Source: Eledone cirrhosa
Taxonomy: Eukaryota
NCBI GenBank assembly: GCA_964016885.1
Contig: OZ024745.1
Location: 106,144,001 to 106,208,000, forward strand
Length of the DNA stretch: 64,000 nt
Direction of reading: 5' to 3'
The translations under genes and the position numbers were made by a program. Below the pieces are notes generated by a model. That model searched no databases. It was not told the origin of the DNA and was given only the letters and a program-made list of their open reading frames with translations. Positions within the stretch are counted from its first letter, which is position 1. Every line of letters starts with the position of its first letter. This document shows positions 12,865-26,402 of the stretch, one piece after another.

Positions 12865-15175
12865 CATGCTTTACAGCATAGAATTACGGCCCTTTACGGT
12901 CTGAGTTCAAATCCCACCGAGGTTGACTTTGCCTTTCATCCTTGCGGGGTCGATAAAATAAAGTACAAATCACGCTCTGGGGTCGATTTAACCATCTTTC
13001 CCCTCCCCAAAAAATTGATGGCCTTGAGCCTCTATAAGGAACCATTCGGGCGGTGGATTGGCAGTATCGGTAGAGGGTCGGGCGCTATGCTTTGCAGCAT
13101 AGAGTTACGACCCTTTATGATCTGAGTTTAAATCCCACCGAGGTTAACTTTGCCTTTCACCCTTACGTGGTCGATAAAATAAAGTACCAGTCACGCACAG
13201 TGGTCGATTTAACCATCTTTCCCCTCCCCCCAAGATTGCTGGCCTTGTGCCGATATAAAAAAAAACTATTATTATCATCGTCATCATTGATATTGTATTC
13301 ATCAATATCATCATCATCGATATCATCGTCATTATTGGTGGATTGGCAGTATCGGTAGAGGGTTGGGCGCCATGCTTTGAAGCATAGAGTTACCTCCCTT
13401 TATGATCTGAGTTCAAATCCCGCCGAGGTTAACTTTGCCTTTTCATCCTTACGGGGTCGATAAAATAAAGTACCAGTGATACACTGGTAATTGCTGGCCT
13501 TGTGCTAAAAGTAGAAACAATTATTATCAATATAATCGTGGCGGTAGATTGACAGTATCCGTAGAAGGTCGGACAAGATACTTTCCGCCATAAAGCTACG
13601 GCTATTTACGTTCTGAGTGCAAGTCCCACCGAGGTTAGCTTTGTTTTCATCTTGACAGGGTATAAAATATAGTACTTGTCACGAAATGATGTCGATTTAA
13701 TCGACTTTCCTTTCTCTCTTATGCCAAAAGTAGAAACATTATTGGGAAAATAAAGGCGGTGGATTGGCAGTATCGGTAGAGGGTCGGACGCCATGCTTTC
13801 CAGCACAGTTACGTCCCTTTACGATCTGAGTTCAAATCCCGCTGAGGCTGACTTTGCCTTTCATCCTTACGGGGTCGATAAAATAAAGTACCAGTAATGT
13901 ACTGGGTGATTGCTGGCCTTGTGCCTAAAGTAGAAACAATTATTATCATCGTCATCATGCTTTACAGCATAGAATTACGGCCCTTGCCATTTTGAGTTCA
14001 AATCCCGCCGAGGCTGACTTTGCCTTTCATCCCTACGGGGTCGATAAAATAAAGTACCAGTAATGTACTGGGTGATTGCTGGCCTTGTGCCTAAAGTAGA
14101 AACAATTATTATCATCGTCATCATGCTTTACAGCATAGAATTAAGGCCCTTGCCATTTTGAGTTCAAATCCCGCCGAGGCTGACTTTGCCTTTCATCCCT
14201 ACGGGGTCGATAAAATAAAGTACCAGTAATGTACTGGGTAATTGCTGACATTGTGCCTAAAGTAGAAACAATTATTATCATCGTCATCATGCTTTACAGC
14301 ATAAAATTACGGCCCTTGCCATTTTGAGTTCAAATCCCGCCGAGGCTGACTTTGCCTTTCATCCTTACGGGGTCGATAAAATAAAGTACCAGTAATGTAC
14401 TGGGTAATTGCTGACCTTGTGCCTAAAGTAGAAACAATTATTATCATCGTCATCATGCTTTACAGCATAAAATTACGGCCCTTGCCATTTTGAGTTCAAA
14501 TCCCGCCGAGGCTGACTTTGCCTTTCATCCTTACGGGGTCGATAAAATAAAGTACCAGTAATGTACTGTGTATGTGCTGGCCTTGTGCCTAAAGTAGAAA
14601 CAATTATTGGTAAAATAAATAGGGCGTCTGATAAAACGGCTTCGACGTTTTAGTTATGGCCCTTTACGGCCTGAGTTCAAATATTTCAGGAGTTAGCTTT
14701 GTCTTTTATCCATATGAGGTCGATAAAATAAAGTGTCTGTAAGGCACTGGGGTCGATTTAATTGACTACAAACTACTGGTATTTCGTCAAATGTAGAAAC
14801 AATTATTATTATCATCATTACAAGAGGATAGTGGATTGGCAGTATCGGTAGAGGGTCGGACACCATGCTTTGAAGATAAAATAAAGTACTAGTAATACAC
14901 TGGGATAATTGCTGGCCTTGTGCCCAAAGTAGAAACAATTATCATCGTTACAAGGGGCGGTGGATTGGCAGTATCGGTAGAGGGTCGGACGCCATGCTTT
15001 ACCGAATAGAGTTACGGCTCTTTAAGATCTGAGTTCAAATCCCGCCGAGGTTAACTTTGCCTTTCATCCTTTCGGGGTCGATAAAATAAAGTACCAGTCA
15101 CGCACTGGGGTCGATTAAATCGACTTTCCCTTCCCCCAAAATTGTGGGCCTTGTGCCTATATAAGAAACCATTAT
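12865..15175 (+). mobile_element. Cluster of about 12 co-oriented Deu/Nin-like SINE copies
   Basis: Repeated A box, B box and core, separated by (ATC/ATT)n tails. Confidence 0.9.
13943..14608 (+). repeat. SINE-derived tandem array, 4 x 166 bp
   Basis: GTCATCATGCTTTACAGC recurs at 13951, 14117, 14283 and 14449. Confidence 0.9.
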
Positions 15176-15568
15176 TATCATCATTACCATCCCTATCTAG
15201 TTTGTCATTCTCATCAACAGTAGCAAGCTGTGTAACAAAAGCGACACCAAATATTATAAAACTAACACGGAGATCGAAAAGAAAAAGCTAGTCTTTCACT
15301 TCGATTTGTTTATATTTGACGTTAATGATTCTTTAAATTTTATAAAGAATAAATTATCTCGCATTCGATTGTAGTAAACAAACACAATCATATGTGTGTG
15401 TACACACGCTGTCACAGTCATATTCTAATTCCTTCAGAGCCAAGGGGTGTATGTAAATCAATGATTTTATTTCTATTATATTGCATGCACATACACATGC
15501 ATATACACATGCACATACAGATGCACATACACACACACACACATACGCACACATAAAGAAAGACCCCG

Positions 15569-15624
<56 letters not shown>

Positions 15625-15699
15625 GGTGTGGGATGCTTAAAGCGTCCGTAAGCGGTAGGCTGAGTGAGCACTCGATGCTCTTACAGAGCAGAGTATAAT

Positions 15700-16008
15700 A
15701 TCACATAAGAAATGGAGAATCAGTGTTGCGACGGATAAAATGTAACGTATTAGACATATTACAATCGTTTCTCTGGCGACCAGCTCGAGGCACGATCGAT
15801 GCAATGATCGAACCTGACTCCGAAATCGCAAGGTTCTCAGATACGTCTCGATTCTATGAAGCAGAGTTTCCAAATGTCCAGTTACACCGGCTGCTTCAGA
15901 TTCGATCAGTAAATCGATCGTGCCTCGAGCTGGTCGTCAGAGAAACGATTGTATTATGTCTAATAAATTTTATCCGTCGCAACACTGATTCTCCGTTTCT
16001 TGTGTGAT
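15700..16008. repeat. Imperfect inverted repeat with ~115-bp arms in a (TA)n-flanked module
   Basis: 15700-15817 is the reverse complement of 15896-16008. Confidence 0.85.
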
Positions 16009-16317
16009 TGAAATACCAATGATCGTTGGCAAATCACTGATGAGGGACTCATTTTATAACATGTTATCCATGTGCAACCATGCAGTATTCTTCTCCCCCA
16101 TATTTTTTATATATATATATATATAAATATATACATAATCAGAATTCTGCATATACTTGTTCTGCTTACCTGCTGCGCTTAACTTTCATTAAATATCAAC
16201 CTTTCTGTAATATTTAATACTGCACATTGAGCATACTTCGCTTCGGCTATTGGCGTCTAGTATACTGTATCATAATTTTTTTCTCTCTCCACTCTTTCGA
16301 TACATATCTCTTCTTTG

Positions 16318-16428
<111 letters not shown>

Positions 16429-16935
16429 GGATTCGAACGATATAATGAGTAGAGAGCAAAATATTTTAACTAGTCGATCATAATTGCAGTCTTCATCATA
16501 TGCATGTAAAACATTTGAGCGTACAAACGCGAGCGAGTGCGTTAGTGTGTGTTATCTCTGTGCTTTATGTTATGGTATGCAATTCCTAATCTTTTCAATG
16601 GTTTCTATCATATAACTTCGTATTGAAACCTTGTTAAAACTCTGTTGATGCTATCGAACACAATATATATAATAAAAAAAACATCATCCAGATACATAAA
16701 CGCATGCATGGTACATTTGATAACAAATCAGCGCACTTGCATCTACGTAAAGACATAGAAATATATTGACACATATGGATAGATAAATGCGAAAGAGATT
16801 ACAATCCCATTAAGAACTACAGGGAAGCCAAAATACACGTATTGCCTGCACACACACACATATATATCCACACAGACGCACATACATCCACACACGGACA
16901 CAGATACACACACATATATGACATGTATGTGTATG

Positions 16936-16974
<39 letters not shown>

Positions 16975-17203
16975 CTCCTTCTTCCTCACTTTTCGTTGCT
17001 TCACCATCTTTGTTTTTTTACACTCTCGTGTCCCCTTTATTTACGTGTCCCAACGACTTTTTTTAGCCGTTGCTCGCACCAACCGGAGGTATATGGTCTT
17101 TAAAGCGATGAAATACCAATGATGGTTGGAAGTCACTGATGAAGGACTAACTTTATTCATATGTAACCCATTAGCAACCACGCAGCTCGTTTATTCTCAT
17201 ATT

Positions 17204-17297
<94 letters not shown>

Positions 17298-17307
17298 CAT
17301 ATCTATC

Positions 17308-17343
<36 letters not shown>

Positions 17344-17351
17344 CATATCTA

Positions 17352-17417
<66 letters not shown>

Positions 17418-17465
17418 CATACATATATATATATATACATATATATATATAGATAGATATATATG

Positions 17466-17559
<94 letters not shown>

Positions 17560-17787
17560 AAAGAATAGAGGTGTAACACACAAGTTATGATATATTGGTA
17601 AACGGAATAGAAAATGCTGACAAATTGTTCACAGTGAAAAATAGTTTAATTAGGAATAAGTGAGAATTAGTAATAGTATTGGTTAGTATTCAGTTTTGGT
17701 TTTAAGTTTTACCGGTTGCGCATTTCCAATGCTTTTCAAAAATAATTTTGAGATAGAGCGTCCGAGATGTTTGCTCTAATATATTTG

Positions 17788-17829
<42 letters not shown>

Positions 17830-18319
17830 CTAAGGCGGGTAAAATTCCCGAGATCCATGGACGAGTTCTCTCCAGCGGTCTCTGTCCCTCATTATCGCTG
17901 CCATATCCTGCATCTCCAACAGACCAGTGTCTGTCCTTAGGGCATCAACATATGTTAACCTTGGTCTTCCCCTTCTAGTGTGTCCATGTAGGGACTCCCA
18001 AAGGAGCACTGAGTGCAATGTCAACTCTGGATGTCGGTGAGCATGTCCAGCCAACCTCAGTCTCCTCTGTGTCACTTTTGAGCTGACTCTTGGGATGCTC
18101 CCATACAGCTCTGAGTTTTTCATCCTCAGTGTATACTGATTAATGTTCAGAGCCATCCTCAACATTCTCGTGTAGCACCCATCCACCATCTGAGTGAGTT
18201 TCTTGGTCAGTGTCCAAGTCTCAGACCCATACAGCAGCAATGAAGAGGCGGATTTTCAGGTCTCTACGAAGGTCCGACTTCCACACCGATCTCAAGCTGT
18301 GGCACGCCGCCCAGGCCTT
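17830..18319 (-). mobile_element. RTE-type LINE 3' fragment
   Basis: LLYGSETWTL..RLRLAGH..RRGRPRLTY..DRDRWR. The 3' end runs into (TA)n. Confidence 0.85.
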
Positions 18320-18445
18320 ATTATTATTACTATATATATATATAGTAATAATAATAAATTTGAAGACTAACATCCAAAGGTTGCTCGATAAGGATAAATA
18401 TATATCAAATATATAAGAACCGTAGAGCAAATATTTATTAAAATA

Positions 18446-18522
18446 ACAGATTAAAGTTTAAGCAAAGAATCGCTGCTTTCACCCTTAACGGGATCTTCTG
18501 AAACTAAAAAAAATCAATCTGT
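18446..18522 (-). ncRNA. Hammerhead-like family E (CAGAAGA core)
   Basis: Left arm of inverted repeat 18430-18544 / 18616-18728. Same fold as 39911-39986. Confidence 0.65.
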
Positions 18523-18637
18523 GAACGCAGAAGTAAATATTTCCAAAAACGTTGCAACCGAAGGAAGACGGGAAGACGATACCAAAGTTCGTGGAAACGT
18601 TCCCAGGTAAAGAACGGAAATATTTACTTCTGCGTTC

Positions 18638-18713
18638 ACAGATTGATTTTTTCAGTTTCAGAAGATCCCGTTCAGGATGATAGCAGCGATTCTTTGCTTA
18701 AACTTGAATCTGT
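18638..18713 (+). ncRNA. Hammerhead-like family E, mutated (GAAA changed to GATA)
   Basis: Right arm of the same inverted repeat. Confidence 0.55.
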
Positions 18714-18753
18714 TATTTTAATAAATATATATATATATATAGGATGTATATGC

Positions 18754-18846
<93 letters not shown>

Positions 18847-18935
18847 GTACGCGTGCGTGTAGATCCCGGGTTCAATCGGGGGTAACCACAGTAAGTAAGG
18901 TGCGCAATACAAAGCAGAGTATAAATATTTGATAT

Positions 18936-19037
18936 AGAAATGGCTTCTACAGGGCTAGAATTGTTTTATGCGGGAGAAATCAGGGCTTCCTGATGATTTC
19001 TCCCGAATGAAACAGTTCTAGTCCTGTAGAAGCCATT

Positions 19038-19040
<3 letters not shown>
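18936..19040 (+). repeat. Fold-back hairpin with ~47-bp arms containing a candidate minimal hammerhead
   Basis: The arms are complementary. CTGATGA 18990-18996 and GAAA 19009-19012; stem I CAGGGCT/AGTCCTG is imperfect next to the core. Confidence 0.55.
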
Positions 19041-19076
<36 letters not shown>

Positions 19077-19152
19077 CTCTCTCTCTCTCTCTGTATATAT
19101 ATATATATATATATATTATATAAAGATTAATTAACGGAGCCATAGACTCGCG

Positions 19153-19209
<57 letters not shown>

Positions 19210-19821
19210 GAGAGAGAGAGTGAGAGAGGTGGAGAAAGATTGAGAGAGAGAGAGAGAAATCAATGTATACAAATATATTGTTTCATCTATATATTAATTT
19301 CAACAACGTCAGTATTCCGTGTGTCATAATTCCCGTTTATCATTGGTTCATAGGTTTCAAACGGCTCTGCCCACCTCAACGACGCCAAACTTAAGTTAAT
19401 ACGCATAATGCTAATGAGAGAGTGAGAGGGGAGAGTAAGAAACAGAGAGGCAAAGTGAACGCTGTAACTATTACCATGTGTGCGTGTGTATGTACGTGCG
19501 CGTATGTTTATGTGTGTGTGCGTGTGTGCAGCGTTCCACAGAAAGTAAAAACTATCAACATGTGTGAGTATGTAAGTGTGTGTAAGTGCACGGGTGCATA
19601 TGTAAGTTTGCGTGCGTGTGCGCGTTTCCATGCGTGTATGTGTGTGTGCGTGGGGAATTCCACAATTGCCACGCAGTTTATCTGTCTCTGTGCGTGTCTC
19701 TCAGTCTAACATACCCAGAGTTGTGAAGGGAGTAAATAGGGACCTTTTTTTACATTGACGTACATCTTTTATATTTATTATTGTCATATTTTGACAATTG
19801 CTCGAAATAAATACTGATAAT

Positions 19822-20404
19822 AAAAGAAATTCGACTTTATCAAACAGTGAACTACAGCGGCGATGGCGTGCAGCCAGGAATGAAGAAAACGGGCCATCGG
19901 AACGCCTAACTTCAGAGGCGAAGACGTGCCGCCATGAATGAAGAGGAGCTGGCTGAACAACGCCAACGAAACACTGGAGCCAAGCATCGACGGCGTGCTG
20001 CGATGGTTGAATACGAACTGGCTGAGCATCATCTTTTATATTAATTATCTATATCGATATCTACATATAATATAAAAGATTGGAACTTCCATCATCCTTT
20101 TGAGAAACGTGGAACAACCACGTCTATGCAATGATACTCCTTTTACAGTCAGGCAGAAGATGAACCATCTCCTAGAGGTCACAATTCTTGGTGGGAGCAC
20201 CTGGAATTGTTCATATACTATGCACAAACGGTACAACGAAGAATCTGGTATATCTGGAAGATTTTTTTTACTGTTTTCTGTACACACAGACACCACGGAC
20301 TCGCCTCATACTGTAACCAGACAAACATCCAATACAGTCATTTTCTCTTTTACCTGTCTTCTCTTATCATCTGTTTACCCTGCGAAGATGGGTACGTCAG
20401 CTAG
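19822..20404 (+). mobile_element. Internally deleted Helitron relic
   Basis: 23-aa R/E-rich repeats (RRRAAMNEEELAEQRQRNTGAKH), PIF1 motif KIGTSIILLRNVEQPRLCNDT, and a TACCC..GGGTA hairpin followed by CTAG (20401-20404) and T. Confidence 0.75.
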
Positions 20405-20808
20405 TACCATTAAAGAATAAATGATTAAATCTAAATCATAAATTCGGAAACGTACAGAGAATACATATATTTCCGTATTAGTTACATCCAGTATATATGT
20501 TTTATCAAACGAAACGTTTTTACCGTTTTCGATTGTTTAAGACACTATTTTTGAAAAATATTCTATAGTAGATGGAAAATAAGTAAATCTTCAAGTGTTT
20601 CAAATATGGGAACTCAATTTGTTAAAATAAATTATATTTTGTAAGTAATAAGTTAAGTAATGGAAATCGCTTTGTATATGTGATATAGTTTATTGCTTTG
20701 TCATGTAGCAACAGGTGAAAAATATCATATTAGATATTATTTCAGCAACAAATTTAATATGAAAACCCCTGGACGTCATTTATGCATATATACACACCCA
20801 CACACCCA

Positions 20809-20873
<65 letters not shown>

Positions 20874-20888
20874 ATATATATATACGTT

Positions 20889-20988
<100 letters not shown>

Positions 20989-21256
20989 AGGTAATTCCGA
21001 AGATAAAGCAAAGGAAAAATGAGTGGTCTATGTTTAAAACAGAACTATTTAATGATATATATATATATATGTATATATATACATATATATAGGGTCAGCC
21101 CCAATAATGTAAACACACTTTGCTTATCTGTACAGGCAATATTTATTTGAATGCTGTTGAAGTGAATATTTTCCTTTTTTGTGACACCGTATATATATGC
21201 TTATATATACATACATACACTATATATATATATATATATATATGTACATATATATA

Positions 21257-22141
21257 CGAGGTGTGTCAGAAAAGTTCCAGGACTGATGTCGCAAAAGATT
21301 TATTTCAAACCCAAACCTCACAGTAAGAGTTTCCCCTTCAAAGTACTCCCCCTGGAGTCTAATGCACTTTTCCATCGTTTTCTGTCACGCTTGCATGCAC
21401 TCCTGGAAGGATTATTCCGGGATCCTCCGCAGTTCCGTTGTCACAGCCTTTTTGATGTCGTCCACGTCTTCAAAATGGGTCCCCTCCGGGTCGTACTCCA
21501 AGATCCATGACTCATCACCGGTGATGACTGTCCCTAGCAAGTCTGGTTCGGTTTCAAGAAACTCGAGGATGTCCTGGCACACTTGCATGCGTCGACCCTT
21601 CTGGTCAACGTTCAGCAGTTTTGACACCATCTTCACGCAAACTTTCCGCATGTCCAAATCTTCAGTGAGAATCTTCCAGACGCTGTCCCGATTCCTGCCC
21701 AGCTCATTTGCCATCAGTCGAACAGTCAGTCGACGATCGCTACGCACCATCTGCCTGACGCACTGAACGTTGACCTCAGTCCTGATTGTTGAGGACCTTC
21801 CGCTCCTGGGGTCATCTTGCACCACTCAATAACATGTGAGCGTGACATCGTCTCATCTCCATACACTTGCTGCAGCAATTCCAATGCTTCTGACGGAGTT
21901 TTCCCCAACCGTACCAGAAACTTCAGGTTTGTTCGTTGCTCTGTGCTCATTGATTGATGACCTGAAACAGAGGACATGTATTTAAAATTATGAAGAAAAA
22001 AGTTTGATCGCTGCAGAGAGCTGAGATTACAGTTACATACTCCAGGGGGATTACTTTGAAGGAGAAAACTCTTAGTGTGAAGTTTGGGTTTGAAATAAAT
22101 CTTTTGTGACATCAGTCCTGGAACTTTTCTGTCACACCTCG
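21257..22141 (-). mobile_element. Mariner transposon, internally deleted
   Basis: TA TSDs, ~100-bp TIRs beginning CGAGG, HTH (EQRTNLKFLVRLGK), DDPRSGR and TGDESW fused directly to the C-terminus. Confidence 0.92.
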
Positions 22142-22395
22142 TAAATACTGTATACATATATGCATATGGCTCTATATATGTGTGCCTATATGTATTGAAA
22201 TGTGAAACTGTGTTTACTGTAGTGAAAGACAAAAATTCTAAGTAGTGATATAGTTGCTTGTATTGTACCCATTTATCCGCATGACGAAATCAATAGTCAT
22301 GACAGAATGGCGTTTTATTTATGTTGAAAATTATTCAAATCCTGTCGAACGTATGTCCATACACACACACAAGCACAGACACACACACACAGAGT

Positions 22396-22426
<31 letters not shown>

Positions 22427-22558
22427 GTGTATGTGTGTGTCTGTGTGTATATATATATGTATACATAATTTTATATATGCATATATATATATATGTATAT
22501 ACATATATATCTATATATATATATATATACGTATATATATACATATCTATATATATAA

Positions 22559-22625
<67 letters not shown>

Positions 22626-22779
22626 TATACATTCACATATATATATGTATATACATTCACATATATATATGTATATACATTCACATATATATATATGTAT
22701 ATATATATATACATTCGCATATATATATATATATATATACATTCACATATATATACGCATACACATATATATATGTATG

Positions 22780-22814
<35 letters not shown>

Positions 22815-23157
22815 CATTCTGTTCATTTTGATTCTTTTCTACCAATGTATTCAGTAACCTGGTGCTTTCACCTTGAACTCACGATCTTTCATAGAATTTC
22901 CTTGTCTCCTTCTAGACTAGTTGCGCATTTCTCAGTTTTATACCATGTTTTCTTTTTTCACTTTCTAAAAGCATTTTGATATGTATACACACACACACAT
23001 ACATAGATACATACATACATGCATACATACTATCATACATATATACATATATAAAATCATACATACTCACATTCATAGATAGGTACCAACATACATACAT
23101 ACATACATGATGGCTGCCCCCTCGTTATCGAGTATGGCCATTGCACAAGAAAAAATA

Positions 23158-23188
<31 letters not shown>

Positions 23189-23199
23189 AATAAAATAAA

Positions 23200-23236
<37 letters not shown>

Positions 23237-23249
23237 AAAAAAAAAAAAG

Positions 23250-23320
<71 letters not shown>

Positions 23321-23387
23321 CATACATATATACATACACATACATACACATACACTCACACATATATACACACATACATTAATAACA

Positions 23388-23427
<40 letters not shown>

Positions 23428-23428
<1 letters not shown>

Positions 23429-24120
23429 TGTGGTTGAAGCACCATATCTACAAGGAGGAGGCTAGCCCACTGTGCAGGATCTGTGGAGAGAGAGAGGAGA
23501 CTGTGGCTCACATTGTGTCCGAGTGTAAACACCTAGCCCAGACCCACTATAAGGGCTGGAGACACGATGTGATGGGCAGGGTGATCCACTGGCACCTGTG
23601 CAAAGTAAACAATTTACCACATTCTGAGAAATGGTATGAGCATAGGCCAGAGGCGGTGATAGAAAACGATCAGGTGAAGGTGCTGTGGGATTTTAGGATA
23701 CAGACGGACAAAAAACTGGAACACAATAGACCTGACCTGGTGGTTGTGGACAAAGAAAAAAGATCGTGCCTGATTGTGGATGTGGCCTGCCCGTTCGACA
23801 CGAGAGTGCAAGAGAAGGAGAGGGAGAAAATTAACCGATACCAGGACCTAAAGTGGGAGGTGAAAAGGATTTGGAACTGCCATGAAGTCAAAGTGATCCC
23901 GATTGTCATAGGCGCACTGGGGACTATCTCCAAACGTTTCCAGGGATGGTTAAAGAAAATCGGCCCCTTCACGCTTTTTGGAACGCTTCAAAAGGCATGC
24001 TTGCTTGGAACAGCAAGAACCCTCCGATACGTCCTGAATATCTGAGGCTGCAGGTAGTGGCTTGATATTCAATCCAACGGACTTTCCAGTTAACCAACAT
24101 CAATGACTGAGACTCAAGGA
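23428..24120 (+). mobile_element. R4/Dong LINE 3' end (CCHC knuckle and restriction-like endonuclease) in (TAA)n
   Basis: Open ORF with CRICGEREETVAHIVSEC, RHD, HNRPDLVV..DVACP and KINRY. AAT repeats on both sides. Confidence 0.9.
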
Positions 24121-24230
24121 ATAACAATAACAATAATAATAACAATAATAATAGCAATAATAATAATAACGACAACAACAATAATAATATACATATTCAT
24201 ATATATACACACACACGCACGCACATAAGC

Positions 24231-24268
<38 letters not shown>

Positions 24269-24320
24269 ACACCCACACCCACACACACCCACACACCCCC
24301 ACACACACACACGATAGCAA

Positions 24321-24557
24321 CTAACAGTGCTGCGATCGAATGTGGCTTTTTAGCCCAGCCAATGATCTAAAATGTCTTGCACAGAGTCGGCAACCAAAAC
24401 ATTCACTGGGAATAGTCGGCTGTGGTTGGAGTTCATGTACCTTTGCATGTCGCTTGAGCCCTCCTGCTGATTTACATTCTCTACCACATGTTTGGCAAGC
24501 ATGATGAGTAGCATCTCCAACAGCAGCCTGGTAGTCAACCACTGGTCTTACTTTATG
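24321..24557 (-). mobile_element. LINE (RTE-like) C-terminal C2H2 zinc-finger fragment
   Basis: CQTCGRECKSAGGLKRHAKVH and CRLCARHFRSLAGLKSHIRSQH between microsatellites. Related to the 3' part of 24640-25040. Confidence 0.6.
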
Positions 24558-24639
24558 ACATACATACATACATACATACATACATACATACATACATACA
24601 TACATACATACATACATACATACATACATACATACATAC

Positions 24640-25615
24640 ATGGTGGCTGCCAACTCGTTTTCGAGTACGGCCACTACTTTATATCCATGTAGGAGAACCC
24701 CCACCGATGCGCTGAACGAGTGACTTTTTAGTCCAGCCAGCGACTTGAAAACTCTGGTACAAACACTACACTTGTGACAATTACTGACACATAGTGCTGG
24801 GCCCATGGTACCATGTGACGACAAGTGCAGAGAGATCTCCAGATATAAAGCAATGCCTGTGCCGTGAAGCTTTTATAGTGAGCAAAGGCACTGCACAAAG
24901 CCAGTCCCACTCTCTTAACCAAGATGATATTTACCAAAAAGAAGAACAAGTCAACATCATTGGATACCATCAGGGTTGCAGGTGTTATATCAGAGTTTTC
25001 CTTCTCCTAGAATTCTGCCTTGACAAAGGCTAAGGGGTCATACATACATACATACATACATGATGGTTGCCCCTTCGTTATCGAGTATGGCCATTGCACG
25101 ATATACCATTATTAATAATTATTAATTAATTCTATCGTGCAATGCCTGTGCATGAAGATATTTTTTTTAATGAGGAAAGACTGTGCACTGAGCCAATCCC
25201 ACTCTCTGAGCAACAGTAGCTATAACCCGAAAAGAAGAAAAGATCAACATCATCGGTAACTACTGAGCCGCGGGTTTTATATCGGAGTTATCCCAGTTTC
25301 CTGAGTTGACTTCTCCTAGAAGAATGCCCTGACAAAGGCTAGGGGTCCTTCACTCCCAGTGGTTTAACCGCGCGATCGGGTGTCCAGCCCGATTATTTCT
25401 ATGTCCCCGCGCATGTACATACACATGCACCCATGCATATACACATATACATATACATACATATGTACATGTGTATATACATATTTACACACTTTTGGAT
25501 GGCCGTTGACTCTTATGAGATCTTCCACCCTTTGTCAGGTTTTGTTTTTTGTCCTGCAGGATGTCCAAAATCACCCTCCTCAGTCGCCGACGACCCGGCC
25601 ATGCGACATACATGC
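24640..25615 (-). mobile_element. Bipartite RTE-derived non-autonomous elements (24640-25040; related subfamily 25060-25615)
   Basis: Near-identical to 53590-53990. RTE 5'UTR-like CTAGGAGAAGGAAAACTCTGA plus a 3' end with a (TATG)n tail. A 3' stub also lies at 23108-23148. Confidence 0.65.
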
Positions 25616-25796
25616 GACATACATACATACAATCATACATACATACATACATGTAATGTAATTATACGTTTATTCATACATGCATTCAAACATACATACG
25701 CACATGTAGACTTGTATGACATACATACATACAATCATGACATACATGTATACAATGTATGACATACATACATACAATCATACATACATACATACA

Positions 25797-26402
25797 ATCA
25801 TACATACATACATACATACATGTAATGTAATTATACGTTTATACATACATGCATTCAAACATACATACGCGCATGTAGACTTAAATGCACACTTACATAC
25901 ATTTATGAGTGTATATATTTGAGTGTGTATTTATTTGTAAGAATTTCCGTGTATGTGTGTATGTATGGATATAGTTTTGTATATACGTATGTAAGTATGT
26001 AATCATACATACATACATACATGTAATGTAATTATACGTTTATACATACATGCATTCAAACATACATACGCGCATGTAGACTTAAATGCACACTTACATA
26101 CATTTATGAGTGTATATATTTGAGTGTGTATTTATTTGTAAGAATTTCCGTGTATGTGTGTATGTATGGATATAGTTTTGTATATACGTATGTAAGTATG
26201 TAATCATACATACATACATACATGTAATGTAATTATACGTTTATACATACATGCATTCAAACATACATACGCGCATGTAGACTTAAATGCACACTTACAT
26301 ACATTTATGAGTGTATATATTTGAGTGTGTATTTATTTGTAAGAATTTCCGTGTATGTGTGTATATATGGATATAGTTTTGTATATACGTATGTAAGTAT
26401 GT
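25797..26402 (+). repeat. Tandem repeat, 3 x ~201 bp (partial copy 25631-25713)
   Basis: AATCATACATACATAC..ATGTAATGTAATTATACG at 25797, 26001 and 26202. Confidence 0.9.

Noticed and set aside
13943-14608. CRISPR-like regular array
   Set aside because: Whole 166-bp units repeat with no unique spacers, and the sequence is SINE-derived.
16010-16050. SECIS element
   Set aside because: The helix between AUGA and GA is too short and there is no apical AA at the right distance.
21088-21193. Tc1-like MITE
   Set aside because: The terminal inverted match is too weak to support.
24321-24824. Host C2H2 zinc-finger gene
   Set aside because: It is a chimera of LINE 3' fragments across a (CATA)n tract, with no TGEKP linkers or splice structure.
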